From Patescibacteria group bacterium (GTDB taxonomy: Bacteria > Patescibacteriota > Minisyncoccia > UBA6257 > JAAZHW01): a DNA stretch of 40,277 bases. Positions within the stretch are counted from its first letter, which is position 1. Every line of letters starts with the position of its first letter. Shown here one piece after another: positions 1-8,349 of this stretch. The DNA is taken from contig JAKLFS010000001.1 of NCBI GenBank assembly GCA_022711075.1, forward strand, positions 3,859 to 44,135, in the 5' to 3' direction. A program made the position numbers and the translations under genes. The notes under the pieces were generated by a model that ran no database searches, was not told where the DNA came from, and saw nothing but the letters and a program-made list of their open reading frames with translations.

Positions 1-1834
1 CCAAACGGAAACGGCCATTATGGACGAGCTGGCCCATATTCCAGCCGGCTATTCCTATTTAAAATTCGGAGATAACAGATTAAACCCAGAACATCCGCCG
101 CTAACCAAAGACCTTTCGGCCATCCCCCTTCTTTTCACTAAATTAAATTTTCCCCTTGATTCTTCGGCCTGGCAAACCGACGTCAACGGACAATGGAATG
201 TCGGCACAAAATTTCTCTATGAGATTGGAAATAATGCGGAAAAAATAATTAACCTCGCTCGCATCGGACCAATGCTGCTGACGATTCTAACGGGATTGGT
301 TTTTTACCTTTTTTGCAAAAAAAGATTGGGAAGCTGGTGGGCATTATTACCGCTCTTTCTTTTCAGTCTTTCCCCTTTAGTTTTAGCTCACGGCCATTAC
401 GTAACAACGGATTTGGCCGCAGCTTTTGGCACGATTATCGCCTTATGGTCTTTTGCTAATTACCTGAAAAACCCGAATAAAAAAACCTTGATTATTGCCG
501 GACTTTGCTTTGGCCTGGCCCAGCTTTGCAAATTCTCCCTTTTGCTGCTTATCCCGCTTTTTGCCGTCCTGGCCTTAATCTTTTACGCGATTAAGCTTTG
601 GCAAAACTGGCCGGAGATCGCCTTTTATCAAAGGAAAAAGGAAGCTTGGAGCCGATTTTTTAAAGCTGTAGGGGGGCTAATCGCTATCTTGGCCGTTGGT
701 TATTTACTGGTTTATTTGGTTTACTTGCCGCAAAATATCAATTATCCCAAAGAAAAACAAAAGACTGATACCGAAACTTTACTGGCTTCTTTTGCCGGCG
801 GTCCGGATCCTGATTGGCAAACTTGCAAATCCTGGTCCGGTTCCCTTGGCCGCCAAATCCGCTGCTTAGCCAACATCGATATTTGGATGACAACGCAACC
901 GGTTTTCAAACCTTTGGCCCAATACGCCTTAGGCGCCTTAATGGTTACCCAAAGGTCGTCAGCTGGAAACACCGGTTATTTTCTGGGTCAGGTTTCAGCC
1001 GGCGGCTGGCACAATTATTTCCCAACGGTCTTCGCCATCAAAGAACCAATACCCTCCTTGCTGCTGCTTTTAATTGCTCTTGGTTCTGGCTTTGTCCGAT
1101 TAGTAAAATCAATTTCCGAAAAATCTCGCTGGCCGCGATTCTGTGGTTGGGTCTGGCAGCATTTTTCCGAGTTCAGCGCGATTTGTTTCGTAATTTTCTA
1201 TTGGGCCACTTCTTTGAGAAGCCCACTCAATATCGGCTTCCGCCATTTGTTGCCAACGCTGCCCTTAACTTATTTCCTCGTTGGCTACGAAATAAAAAAA
1301 TGGTGGTGCGGAGAATATCGACAATTCTTCACAAACCGCTGGGCTGAAATAAAATATTATTTTAAAAAATTCGGCGGGCTTCTTTTAAAAACAACAGTCG
1401 TCGGAATCTTGCTGCTCTGGTACTTGGCGGAAACTATTTCCATCGCTCCCAATTTTATCGCTTATTTCAACGAGTTAGTCGGCGGCGCCCAAAACGGCTA
1501 TAAATACGTTGTTGATTCTAATCTAGACTGGGGCCAGGATCTGAAAAAATTAGCAGCCTTTGTAAAAGAAAATAAAATCAATAAAATAAAAGTTGATTAT
1601 TTCGGCGGCGGTAGCCCTCAATATTATTTAGGAGAAAAATTTGAGCCTTGGTCCTCCAGCAAAGGCCGGCCCGAAGCCAATTCTTGGCTGGCAGTTTCCC
1701 TGACCTTTCTCCAAAACAGCCAGGGCCAGCCGGTTCCCGGCTTTGACCGAAAAACAGAAGACAGCTATTCCTGGCTCCAAGGAGAAAAACCATTCAGCCG
1801 TATCGGCTATTCCATCTTTATTTACAAATTTTAA
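1..1834 (+). CDS. GT-C fold glycosyltransferase, PMT/ArnT-like (GT39/83-type) polytopic membrane protein; 5' end probably cut by the window edge
   Basis: ORF 20..1834, and the frame stays open back to nt 2. The first-loop motif DELAHIPAGYSYL...NPEHPPLTK and many hydrophobic helices are typical of lipid-phosphate-sugar dependent transferases. Confidence 0.7.
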   Translation, partial: QTETAIMDELAHIPAGYSYLKFGDNRLNPEHPPLTKDLSAIPLLFTKLNFPLDSSAWQTDVNGQWNVGTKFLYEIGNNAEKIINLARIGPMLLTILTGLVFYLFCKKRLGSWWALLPLFLFSLSPLVLAHGHYVTTDLAAAFGTIIALWSFANYLKNPNKKTLIIAGLCFGLAQLCKFSLLLLIPLFAVLALIFYAIKLWQNWPEIAFYQRKKEAWSRFFKAVGGLIAILAVGYLLVYLVYLPQNINYPKEKQKTDTETLLASFAGGPDPDWQTCKSWSGSLGRQIRCLANIDIWMTTQPVFKPLAQYALGALMVTQRSSAGNTGYFLGQVSAGGWHNYFPTVFAIKEPIPSLLLLLIALGSGFVRLVKSISEKSRWPRFCGWVWQHFSEFSAICFVIFYWATSLRSPLNIGFRHLLPTLPLTYFLVGYEIKKWWCGEYRQFFTNRWAEIKYYFKKFGGLLLKTTVVGILLLWYLAETISIAPNFIAYFNELVGGAQNGYKYVVDSNLDWGQDLKKLAAFVKENKINKIKVDYFGGGSPQYYLGEKFEPWSSSKGRPEANSWLAVSLTFLQNSQGQPVPGFDRKTEDSYSWLQGEKPFSRIGYSIFIYKF

Positions 1835-1857
1835 AAGAATCGCGATTTCTCAGAACT

Positions 1858-1886
1858 AAAAATTCCACCCGAGGTGGAATTTTTAG
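1858..1886. terminator. Bidirectional intrinsic terminator (12-bp stem aaaaattccacc / ggtggaattttt)
   Basis: Perfect hairpin 1858-1869/1873-1884 followed by a T-run, 24 nt after the glycosyltransferase stop. Confidence 0.7.
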
Positions 1887-2016
1887 TTGCTTTGCCTTTT
1901 AAGATATATACCTGTTAATTAAAAGTGGGTGGCCTCAATCAAATCCCCTAAAAGACTGATGCTTTTGGCCTCCCTGGTAGAAATTACTTGACCAGGTATC
2001 TTATAAAAGCAAAGCT
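1858..2016 (-). ncRNA. Candidate structured small RNA (about 160 nt); alternatively a MITE-like palindromic element at 1889-2015
   Basis: An extended -10 (TGTTATAAT, 2023-2031 on the minus strand) lies just upstream. An imperfect 18-19 nt closing inverted repeat (1889-1906 / 1997-2015) encloses hairpins at 1973-1996 and 1950-1966. The element ends at the 1858-1886 terminator. No ORF longer than about 10 aa. Confidence 0.3.
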
Positions 2017-2022
2017 ACTATT

Positions 2023-2055
2023 ATTATAACAATAAAAAAAATAAAGTTATCCACA
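2023..2055 (-). promoter_or_regulatory. Extended -10 promoter (TGTTATAAT) with a perfect DnaA-box 9-mer (TTATCCACA, 2047-2055) overlapping the -35 position
   Basis: Read directly. The -10 hexamer is at 2023-2028 and the 17-nt spacer puts the -35 at 2046-2051, inside the box. Confidence 0.4.
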
Positions 2056-2100
2056 ATAAACTAAACTAGAGCGAAAATTGACTAAATTGTCTAAAAAATA

Positions 2101-2131
2101 TAAAAAGGGCGGCTCAAACCGCCCTCTTTTT
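2101..2131 (-). terminator. Intrinsic terminator downstream of ndk (agggcgg-ctcaaa-ccgccct), usable on both strands
   Basis: 7-bp GC-rich stem at 2106-2112/2119-2125, flanked by A-runs and T-runs, 18 nt after the ndk stop. Confidence 0.75.
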
Positions 2132-2148
2132 GAAGCTGTCAAGTCCAA

Positions 2149-2760
2149 CTATTCCAAAATCCCGTCTAAATTCACATCGTAAAGAATAGCGTCAAAGGAA
2201 TTTTTATAATTGACGATCTCTTTAGGTTCAAACCACACTTTGATTTCATAATCAGCCTCTTCGATGTTGGCAGAGGCATGAATCAAATTTCGCACCGCCC
2301 TACCGGCATCTCCATAATCAGCCAAAGAATAAGAATCAATCGTATAATCTCCTCTGATGGTTCCGACGTCCGATTGCAAAGGTTCCGTAGAACCAACCAG
2401 CTTTCTCGTAATAGCGACGGCGTGATTTCCTTCTAAAACCATGGCAATAACCGGACCGGCGGATAAAAATGTTACCAGCCGATCAATAATCTTTTTCCCC
2501 AACAGTTTCGGCTCTTCTGTTACCTCAATGCCTGATTTTTTCTTTCCCTCAATGGAACGAAATCCTAAGGCCTCAATTTCCGCCTCATTTTTAACATAGT
2601 GCCGATAAGCCTGATCGGGAGTTGGCAATAAAAATTTCAGAGCCACCAATTTCAGTCCCACCCTTTCAAAACGACTCAAGATCTCTCCGGCCAAAGCCCT
2701 TTGAATACCGTCGGGCTTGATTAAAACCAGTGTTTTTTCTTCTTTAGGATTTTTGGTCAT
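2149..2760 (-). CDS. ndk: Nucleoside diphosphate kinase, long form (203 aa) with internal insertions
   Basis: LVLIKPDG...RFERVGLKLVALKF, GPVIAMVLEG, GTIRGDY, and the catalytic-His motif NLIHAS. Confidence 0.9.
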   Translation of the reverse strand: MTKNPKEEKTLVLIKPDGIQRALAGEILSRFERVGLKLVALKFLLPTPDQAYRHYVKNEAEIEALGFRSIEGKKKSGIEVTEEPKLLGKKIIDRLVTFLSAGPVIAMVLEGNHAVAITRKLVGSTEPLQSDVGTIRGDYTIDSYSLADYGDAGRAVRNLIHASANIEEADYEIKVWFEPKEIVNYKNSFDAILYDVNLDGILE

Positions 2761-2766
2761 AAAAAA

Positions 2767-4293
2767 CTACGGTAATTTTTTTATCTTTAAATTCAGATTG
2801 AATTCGACCCCGTTTTTTTGTTGAATAATGGAGGCTAAAGGAATGTCCACGTCGGAAAAATACTCGGTTGCTTCGGCTAATTTATTTTTGAAACTCAGCA
2901 TTTTTTCCTGCGTATTCACCCAGCCCGACAAAGAGACGAGAAAGTCGCTGGATTTCACGAGCATTCTTTGAACTTGAACATCCGGTCCAGCTGCCTGCCA
3001 GGCGCGGAAAAAACCGGACCAGTCTTTGGTATTGCTTTGCGCCGCAATTGCTTGACCCACCACGCTATTAAAATTTTTAGCGCTTGTTTCTAATTCGGTT
3101 AATTTCTGACTATCAATTTTCAAATTCAAATTACCGGAGCTCTCGGCTAACGACTTTTCGGTTACGTTGAAAAAGGTCTTGACGCCGAAAGAAACCGCTA
3201 TCAGAAGAATTAAAGTGGTGAAAATTATTTTTGTCCAAAGATTCAGGAAACTCAAAGTCCGGCGGCGGCGATACTCTTCTTCTGTCCCCACGGTCATCAA
3301 ACTGACGCTCACGTCATCAACGCGGGAAATCAATCCTCTAAGAGCCGCGCCGGCAGCGGCATAAAAATTCGGAGAATATTCCAATTTGGAAAAACTTGGC
3401 AAAACCTCCAAGCGAAACTGCTCCTTGATAATTTTTACCAGTTCTTCCTGATAGCCGGGCGTAAAAAGAAAAACTCCGCTCACTCCTTCCTGAAAACGGT
3501 TAAGATAAAAAGTGATTACTTTTCTCAACTCTTCGGTGAAAATCTTCAAAAGGCCCTCCTGGCTGAGCGCCGAATTGGCTGAACTGGAGCTGATTCCCAG
3601 GGACTGCATTGATTCGCGCCAGCTTTGGCAATAACTGAACTGCAAACCCGCCTTTTTAACCACTGAGAAATCTAATCCGTCAGAAGATAAAAAGGCGATT
3701 AAATAGCTTTTACTCTCGTCTAATAAGTTATTTTCATTAAACAGCCGCCACAAACCAAAGGCGTTGAACTCAACGGCCAAAGGAATAAAGTCGGTCTCCC
3801 CTAAAATTTTTAAGTAAGGATCAACTATTTCCTTTTTGGCAAAAACGGAATTAATCCGATATTTGAAAGAATCGTGCGAAATAATATCGCCCATTAACTC
3901 CCAATCGGAATAAGACTCCTCAAATTTAATCGGAGAAAGCATTTTTAAATTCAACTCTACGGCAGCCGCCAGTTCCACCGCCTCCACCTGCGGCAAATCA
4001 AAAACTTTATGATAAACCGTACCGCTTTCCAAAGAAACAATCAAATAAAGGTGTTTAATTTTCCTTAAAGCCGGCGAGTGACGAAGACTGTCTAAGATCG
4101 GTTTTAAGGCTTCTGGCTTCTGCAAAACACCCTCCACCACCGTTCCTTCCGGTAATTCCGCTTCGAAAGTGGCTAAGATTTTTTTTGACGCATCCGGAGC
4201 AAACAACAAAAAATTCAAATTACCGTCCCGGAAGGAAAGGCCGCCAATATATTCTTTAGTAATGAAATATCTGGAGAAATCTTTTACATTCAT
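2767..4293 (-). CDS. PilM-like actin-fold domain fused through one TM helix to a PilN/PilO-like extracytoplasmic domain
   Basis: PilM-like segment (...LPQVEAVELAAAVELNLKMLSPIKFEESYSDWELM...), TM IIFTTLILLIAVSFGV, and a C-terminal 130 aa with the PilN-like pattern VSLSGWVNTQEKMLSFKNKLAEATEYFSDVDIP. Last pilus gene of locus 1. Confidence 0.55.
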   Translation of the reverse strand: MNVKDFSRYFITKEYIGGLSFRDGNLNFLLFAPDASKKILATFEAELPEGTVVEGVLQKPEALKPILDSLRHSPALRKIKHLYLIVSLESGTVYHKVFDLPQVEAVELAAAVELNLKMLSPIKFEESYSDWELMGDIISHDSFKYRINSVFAKKEIVDPYLKILGETDFIPLAVEFNAFGLWRLFNENNLLDESKSYLIAFLSSDGLDFSVVKKAGLQFSYCQSWRESMQSLGISSSSANSALSQEGLLKIFTEELRKVITFYLNRFQEGVSGVFLFTPGYQEELVKIIKEQFRLEVLPSFSKLEYSPNFYAAAGAALRGLISRVDDVSVSLMTVGTEEEYRRRRTLSFLNLWTKIIFTTLILLIAVSFGVKTFFNVTEKSLAESSGNLNLKIDSQKLTELETSAKNFNSVVGQAIAAQSNTKDWSGFFRAWQAAGPDVQVQRMLVKSSDFLVSLSGWVNTQEKMLSFKNKLAEATEYFSDVDIPLASIIQQKNGVEFNLNLKIKKLP

Positions 4294-4303
4294 GATTCAT
4301 TTA

Positions 4304-4726
4304 TCAAATCTCCGTTAAGGAAATTAGGGAAACAACTGCTGTTTCGGGATTGATACTCACGACAGCCTGATATTTCTTTTGCCGCAAGAGAACCGTACCC
4401 ACACTGTTAATCGTCGCCTGATTATTGAGAAGGTCGTTGTTAATTGTCACGCTTACCTGCGTCCGCGTACCGGCTGTAAAAACATATTGCGTGCTATCCA
4501 AATCCTTATCTCTCACGAGCCGGAGAATGGCATCGTCTATTCCGGCTTTAGCGCCAAGCAAAGCTTCCTGCGCCAACCTGCTGCCATTACTTGATGAATT
4601 GGCCCAATAAGCCACAAAAGCAATGGCTATGCCCAATTCCATAATAATCAAGCCTATCATAATTACCAGCGGCAGCATAGTGATGCCCTTACTTTTTGTT
4701 TTTCTGACTAACATATGATTTTTCAT
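4304..4726 (-). CDS. PilX-like / pseudopilin-like small protein with an N-terminal hydrophobic helix (no Glu5)
   Basis: KSKGITMLPLVIMIGLIIMELGIAIAF, then AQEALLGAKAGIDDAI (PilX_N-like). The start overlaps the upstream stop (TAATG). Confidence 0.45.
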   Translation of the reverse strand: MKNHMLVRKTKSKGITMLPLVIMIGLIIMELGIAIAFVAYWANSSSNGSRLAQEALLGAKAGIDDAILRLVRDKDLDSTQYVFTAGTRTQVSVTINNDLLNNQATINSVGTVLLRQKKYQAVVSINPETAVVSLISLTEI

Positions 4727-7566
4727 TAAGGTGAGTAACCAATGATAACGCTATAAACATTGGGGCTATCGCTTAACCCGGCCGTCAGGTAAATACGGTA
4801 ACGGAAATAACGTCGCTGGTTATGATCAGCGAACCTTAAGGGTATTGCCTTGCCCGGATCGGCTGGACCATAATATCCGGTTTCCGTACCGTCGCTTCCC
4901 AAAAAAGGAGCGCCGCCTCCGGCTGAATTACCCCAGAGCAATCCACCGGCACAAGTAGGGTAATCGGTTGCTCCATTTGGGCAATTGGAAGAAGCGAAAG
5001 TAAAACGTACGTGTCCGCCATTCAATTGACCATTCCAAAGAATGGTATTGAAGATGGCGTTGCTGTTAACGTCAAAGGTGGACGATTCCAGATATCCGCT
5101 CGGAATAAAAATTTCCGTCGTTGTGCTGCTTTCATTAGTATAACTGGAAGAAATATTATCGTTAAAAGCATAGGCCCGATAACAATAGGTGGTGTTTTGC
5201 AGCAACGCCTCATCAGAATAACTGGTAACATTGGCAACAGTGGTATGTACCGGCAGGAATCCGGAGCAAGTCGTAGTGGCTCTTTCTATTTTAAAACCTG
5301 TTTCATTGTTGGAATTGTCAGTCCAAGTCAAATCAATTTGAGAGGAGCTGTTGGCGGTGGCCAAAAAATTGGACGGTGCGGGCAAGGTCGTGGTGGCAAA
5401 AACTTCAGAATAATTGGAATCGCCGTCGTTATTGTAAGGATAAACCCGATAATAATAAGTCGTACCGTCGGACAAACCGCTATCACTGTGGCTCGTAACA
5501 TTCGCGTCTTTGGTTGCCAATGAAGAATATGTTCCTCCGCTGCCTGTTTTTTTGTCTATCCTAAAACCGGTTTCATTGCCGGAATTATCATTCCAATGAA
5601 GGTCAATCTGCTCCGCCGAAATAATAGAGGCATTCAAGCCAGAAACGGCACAGGGCAAAGTTGGCTTAACCGAAACGACTGTCGCATAGCTGGAATCGGC
5701 ATCGGCCGTATAAGCCCGAACGCGATAGCAATAACTATCGTAACTGAGTCCGCTGCAAGTTAAAGTCGTGTCGGAATAAACAATGGCATTAGCGCCAGCC
5801 GTGCCAATCTGCGAAAAGCCGGCCGAACAACTGCCGATAGCCCTTTCTATTTTAAATCCCGCCTCGCCAATGGAATTGTCAACCCAGTTGATCACCAGAG
5901 AAGTCGGAGCAATTGTCTCAAAAGTTGTACCGCTGGGAGCCGACAAGCTGGTCGTAGCAGTAGCCAAAGCCGAACACGCTTCGCCGTCGTTATTATAGGC
6001 GCAAACGATGTAGCAATATTTTGTTCCTTCACCTAAATTAATATCGGAAGCGCTGATAACATTGGAACCTACACTTTGGACAAGAGGGCTGGAAACATCG
6101 CAAGCGGAACCAGCTGCGCGCCTGAGGTGAAAACCGGTCTCGCTGGAAGAATTATCAGTCCAAGAAAGATTTATCTGGGTAGAAGAAGTTGCCGAAGCAA
6201 CGGCTGCTAAACTGGACGGTGCCGCTGGCGGATTAGTGGTCGTACAACTGGCAGTACCGGAATATGAAGATTCAATAAAACTATTATAAGCTTTGGCCTT
6301 ATAACAATAGGTGGTGTTGGACGTCAAGCCGGTATCGGAATAACTCGTTGCCTCAGCTTCGGCATCAGCGAAATAAACAAAACCGGAACAGGTTGAAGTC
6401 GTTCGCTCTAATTTAAAACCCGTTTCGTTAATGGAATTATCCGACCAAAAAAGATTGATCTTATCCCCTCCCTGGGTAGAACAATTCAAGCTGGCAGGCG
6501 CAGGCAAAACCGTTATGGCCGATGCCGTGTTGGAATAATCGGAATGATTGCCTGAATAATAAGCCCTGATCCGATAACAATATCTTGTCCCGTCAGCCAA
6601 GCCACTGTCATTAAACGAAACGGCGCCGGCGCCAGCAGCAGAAATCAGGCTGAAGGCCGGAGAACCGGAACAATCGCTGTTAGAGGCTCTTTCAATTTCG
6701 AATCCTTCCTCGCCCAAAGAATTATCAGACCAAGAAAGGTTGATTTGAGATTGGGACACACCAGTGACAATTAAACCGTCAGGAGCGGTAAGGACCGTAG
6801 AACAACTATCTTCGGCGGTATAGCTGGAATAGGTGCCAGAATTATGATAAGCCCGAACCCGAAAGGAAACAGTCCGCCCCTGCTGCAGAGCGCCAGTGTC
6901 ATAAGTCACGGTATTAGCCGAAACAGTATCGTAAACGCCGTAGCTTCCACCACTGTATTTATATTCAATCTTATAACCGGTTTCCGCTGAAGAATGATCA
7001 GCCCAGTTAACCGTTGCCTTAGCATCATTGCCGGTTGTCCAGCAAGAAACATCCAAACCGGTTGGCGCGGTAAAAGCAGTGGTCGCACCCCAGGTTGAAG
7101 AAAAGGGACTGCAAACATCCGGACCGGCAGCGCACCAACCAGTAAAACCCGAACTCGTTCCGCAAAGTTGGCCACTACAGGAATAACAGCCGCTCTTACA
7201 GCCTTTCACTTCATAACTGTAATAAGTGCCCGGATTTAATCCGGAATGATCATAAGAAGTGCTCGTGGCGTTGATATTAAGCGCCGAACCCGAAACGCCA
7301 ACCAAATTATAATAATTAGTGGACGACACACTGCTCCAAGTCGGCCTCAGCATAGTTTCCGTTGCTCCTGTCAACCAGGTCAAATCTAAAGGAGTATCGG
7401 GCTCGGAACAAGCTGCCGAACAATCCGTGTCAAGATTGCAATCACATAAGGGCATCGCCTTGACCCTCTGAATCTGACCGAAAAATATCGGAACAATAAT
7501 CACGGCAAAGATAAAACCCGAGATAATGAAAGTTAAAATGTTTTTTTCTCTGAAAATTATCTTCAT
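4726..7566 (-). CDS. Large (946 aa) Cys-rich surface protein: N-terminal signal/anchor, one degenerate plus seven clear FN3 units, and a C-terminal 129-aa domain of unknown type
   Basis: Recurrent unit ...L(S/T/F/H)W.DNS..E.GF.IER....C.G......A..T.Y.D.GL...T.YCYR..AY.......S... about 93 aa long; N-terminal TM ILTFIISGFIFAVIIVPIFF. Confidence 0.85.
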   Translation of the reverse strand: MKIIFREKNILTFIISGFIFAVIIVPIFFGQIQRVKAMPLCDCNLDTDCSAACSEPDTPLDLTWLTGATETMLRPTWSSVSSTNYYNLVGVSGSALNINATSTSYDHSGLNPGTYYSYEVKGCKSGCYSCSGQLCGTSSGFTGWCAAGPDVCSPFSSTWGATTAFTAPTGLDVSCWTTGNDAKATVNWADHSSAETGYKIEYKYSGGSYGVYDTVSANTVTYDTGALQQGRTVSFRVRAYHNSGTYSSYTAEDSCSTVLTAPDGLIVTGVSQSQINLSWSDNSLGEEGFEIERASNSDCSGSPAFSLISAAGAGAVSFNDSGLADGTRYCYRIRAYYSGNHSDYSNTASAITVLPAPASLNCSTQGGDKINLFWSDNSINETGFKLERTTSTCSGFVYFADAEAEATSYSDTGLTSNTTYCYKAKAYNSFIESSYSGTASCTTTNPPAAPSSLAAVASATSSTQINLSWTDNSSSETGFHLRRAAGSACDVSSPLVQSVGSNVISASDINLGEGTKYCYIVCAYNNDGEACSALATATTSLSAPSGTTFETIAPTSLVINWVDNSIGEAGFKIERAIGSCSAGFSQIGTAGANAIVYSDTTLTCSGLSYDSYCYRVRAYTADADSSYATVVSVKPTLPCAVSGLNASIISAEQIDLHWNDNSGNETGFRIDKKTGSGGTYSSLATKDANVTSHSDSGLSDGTTYYYRVYPYNNDGDSNYSEVFATTTLPAPSNFLATANSSSQIDLTWTDNSNNETGFKIERATTTCSGFLPVHTTVANVTSYSDEALLQNTTYCYRAYAFNDNISSSYTNESSTTTEIFIPSGYLESSTFDVNSNAIFNTILWNGQLNGGHVRFTFASSNCPNGATDYPTCAGGLLWGNSAGGGAPFLGSDGTETGYYGPADPGKAIPLRFADHNQRRYFRYRIYLTAGLSDSPNVYSVIIGYSP
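5116..7074 (-). repeat. Seven tandem FN3-encoding units, period about 272-286 bp
   Basis: DNA landmarks of the GF.IER segment recur at about 5284, 5560, 5846, 6124, 6408, 6692 and 6964. Confidence 0.8.
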
Positions 7567-7583
7567 TCTTTTTTAAAATAATT

Positions 7584-8237
7584 TTACATATCCACTTTAA
7601 TGGCGTTATTTTCAATAATAATGGGGGCGGAGGTGGCCGCATATGTGCCGCTGCTCACGGTATAGGGACCGGCACCGATATTACCGGATTGCCAATTGAA
7701 ATCTTTAAAATAAGCGGAAGTAGTCCGCATCAAATACTCGGAAATTGTAAAATTAGTATCAATGTTGGGCCAGGAAACAATCGCTGTTATTTTCTGCGCT
7801 GACGGATCTTCGCTAGTGCCGCTATAAGCAACGATCGCCCCTTCGCTGTTACGCGAAACATTTTCAATATTAAAATAATGGGTATAGATGATGCCGTCAA
7901 TGGTGGTCGTCGCCACCCCGCTTTGCATTTGCCAACTACCGTCAGAAAGAATGATTTGATAATTGACGGAAGCGCCTTTGCTTCCCGGACAAGAGCCTGA
8001 CGGCGGACAATAAATATTGAACCAATTGCTTTCGCCGATTGTTCTTACGGCTTCCAGGTCTTGCTGAGCCAAAGCCGTAGCCGTATTCGTCTGTTTCGTC
8101 TTTTCGCTGGCAATCAAGCTTGTGCCGATGGTTGAGGCCACGCCACCGATAACGACTCCGGCCATTACCACGGCGATTAAAATCTCTGCCAAAACCTGAC
8201 CGCCTTGATTAAGAAAAAAAGGGTTTTTAGTATGCAT
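7584..8237 (-). CDS. Minor type IV pilin-like protein (class III signal: ...NQGG|QVLAEILIAVVMAG, Glu5 present)
   Basis: Prepilin-like N-terminus. The ATG at 8237 is preferred; ATG 8264 and TTG 8279 are alternatives. Confidence 0.6.
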   Translation of the reverse strand: MHTKNPFFLNQGGQVLAEILIAVVMAGVVIGGVASTIGTSLIASEKTKQTNTATALAQQDLEAVRTIGESNWFNIYCPPSGSCPGSKGASVNYQIILSDGSWQMQSGVATTTIDGIIYTHYFNIENVSRNSEGAIVAYSGTSEDPSAQKITAIVSWPNIDTNFTISEYLMRTTSAYFKDFNWQSGNIGAGPYTVSSGTYAATSAPIIIENNAIKVDM

Positions 8238-8349
8238 TTTTGCGCCTCCCCAAAACTTCCTCATATGATTATTATACAAAAAAATAAGTCAATTCGCCAA
8301 TTAGCAGATCGGCCAAAAACGACGCCCCTAAGATTCGGGTTAATCACCC

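Noticed and set aside
814-1347. 177-aa plus-strand ORF in an alternative frame within the glycosyltransferase gene
   Set aside because: It lies fully inside a longer ORF that has recognisable family motifs. Its sequence is Arg/Leu/Pro-rich, typical of an off-frame translation.
1835-2148. A tRNA, SRP RNA or 6S RNA identity for the structured intergenic element
   Set aside because: There is no T-loop (GGTTCGAATCC-like) and no SRP domain IV signature beyond a chance ACCAGGU. The length and shape do not clearly fit 6S, so it is left as an unclassified candidate.
5116-7074. Periodicity of about 280 bp as a CRISPR or other noncoding repeat array
   Set aside because: The period equals one 93-aa FN3 unit inside a continuous ORF, the copies are diverged, and there is no short direct-repeat/spacer structure. 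No CRISPR array was seen anywhere in the window.
4836-7175. Alternative-frame and antisense ORFs inside the FN3 gene (for example 5011..5523, 5783..5998, 6906..7175)
   Set aside because: They overlap a long, motif-rich ORF with a clear repeated domain structure. The open frames are a by-product of biased repeat composition.
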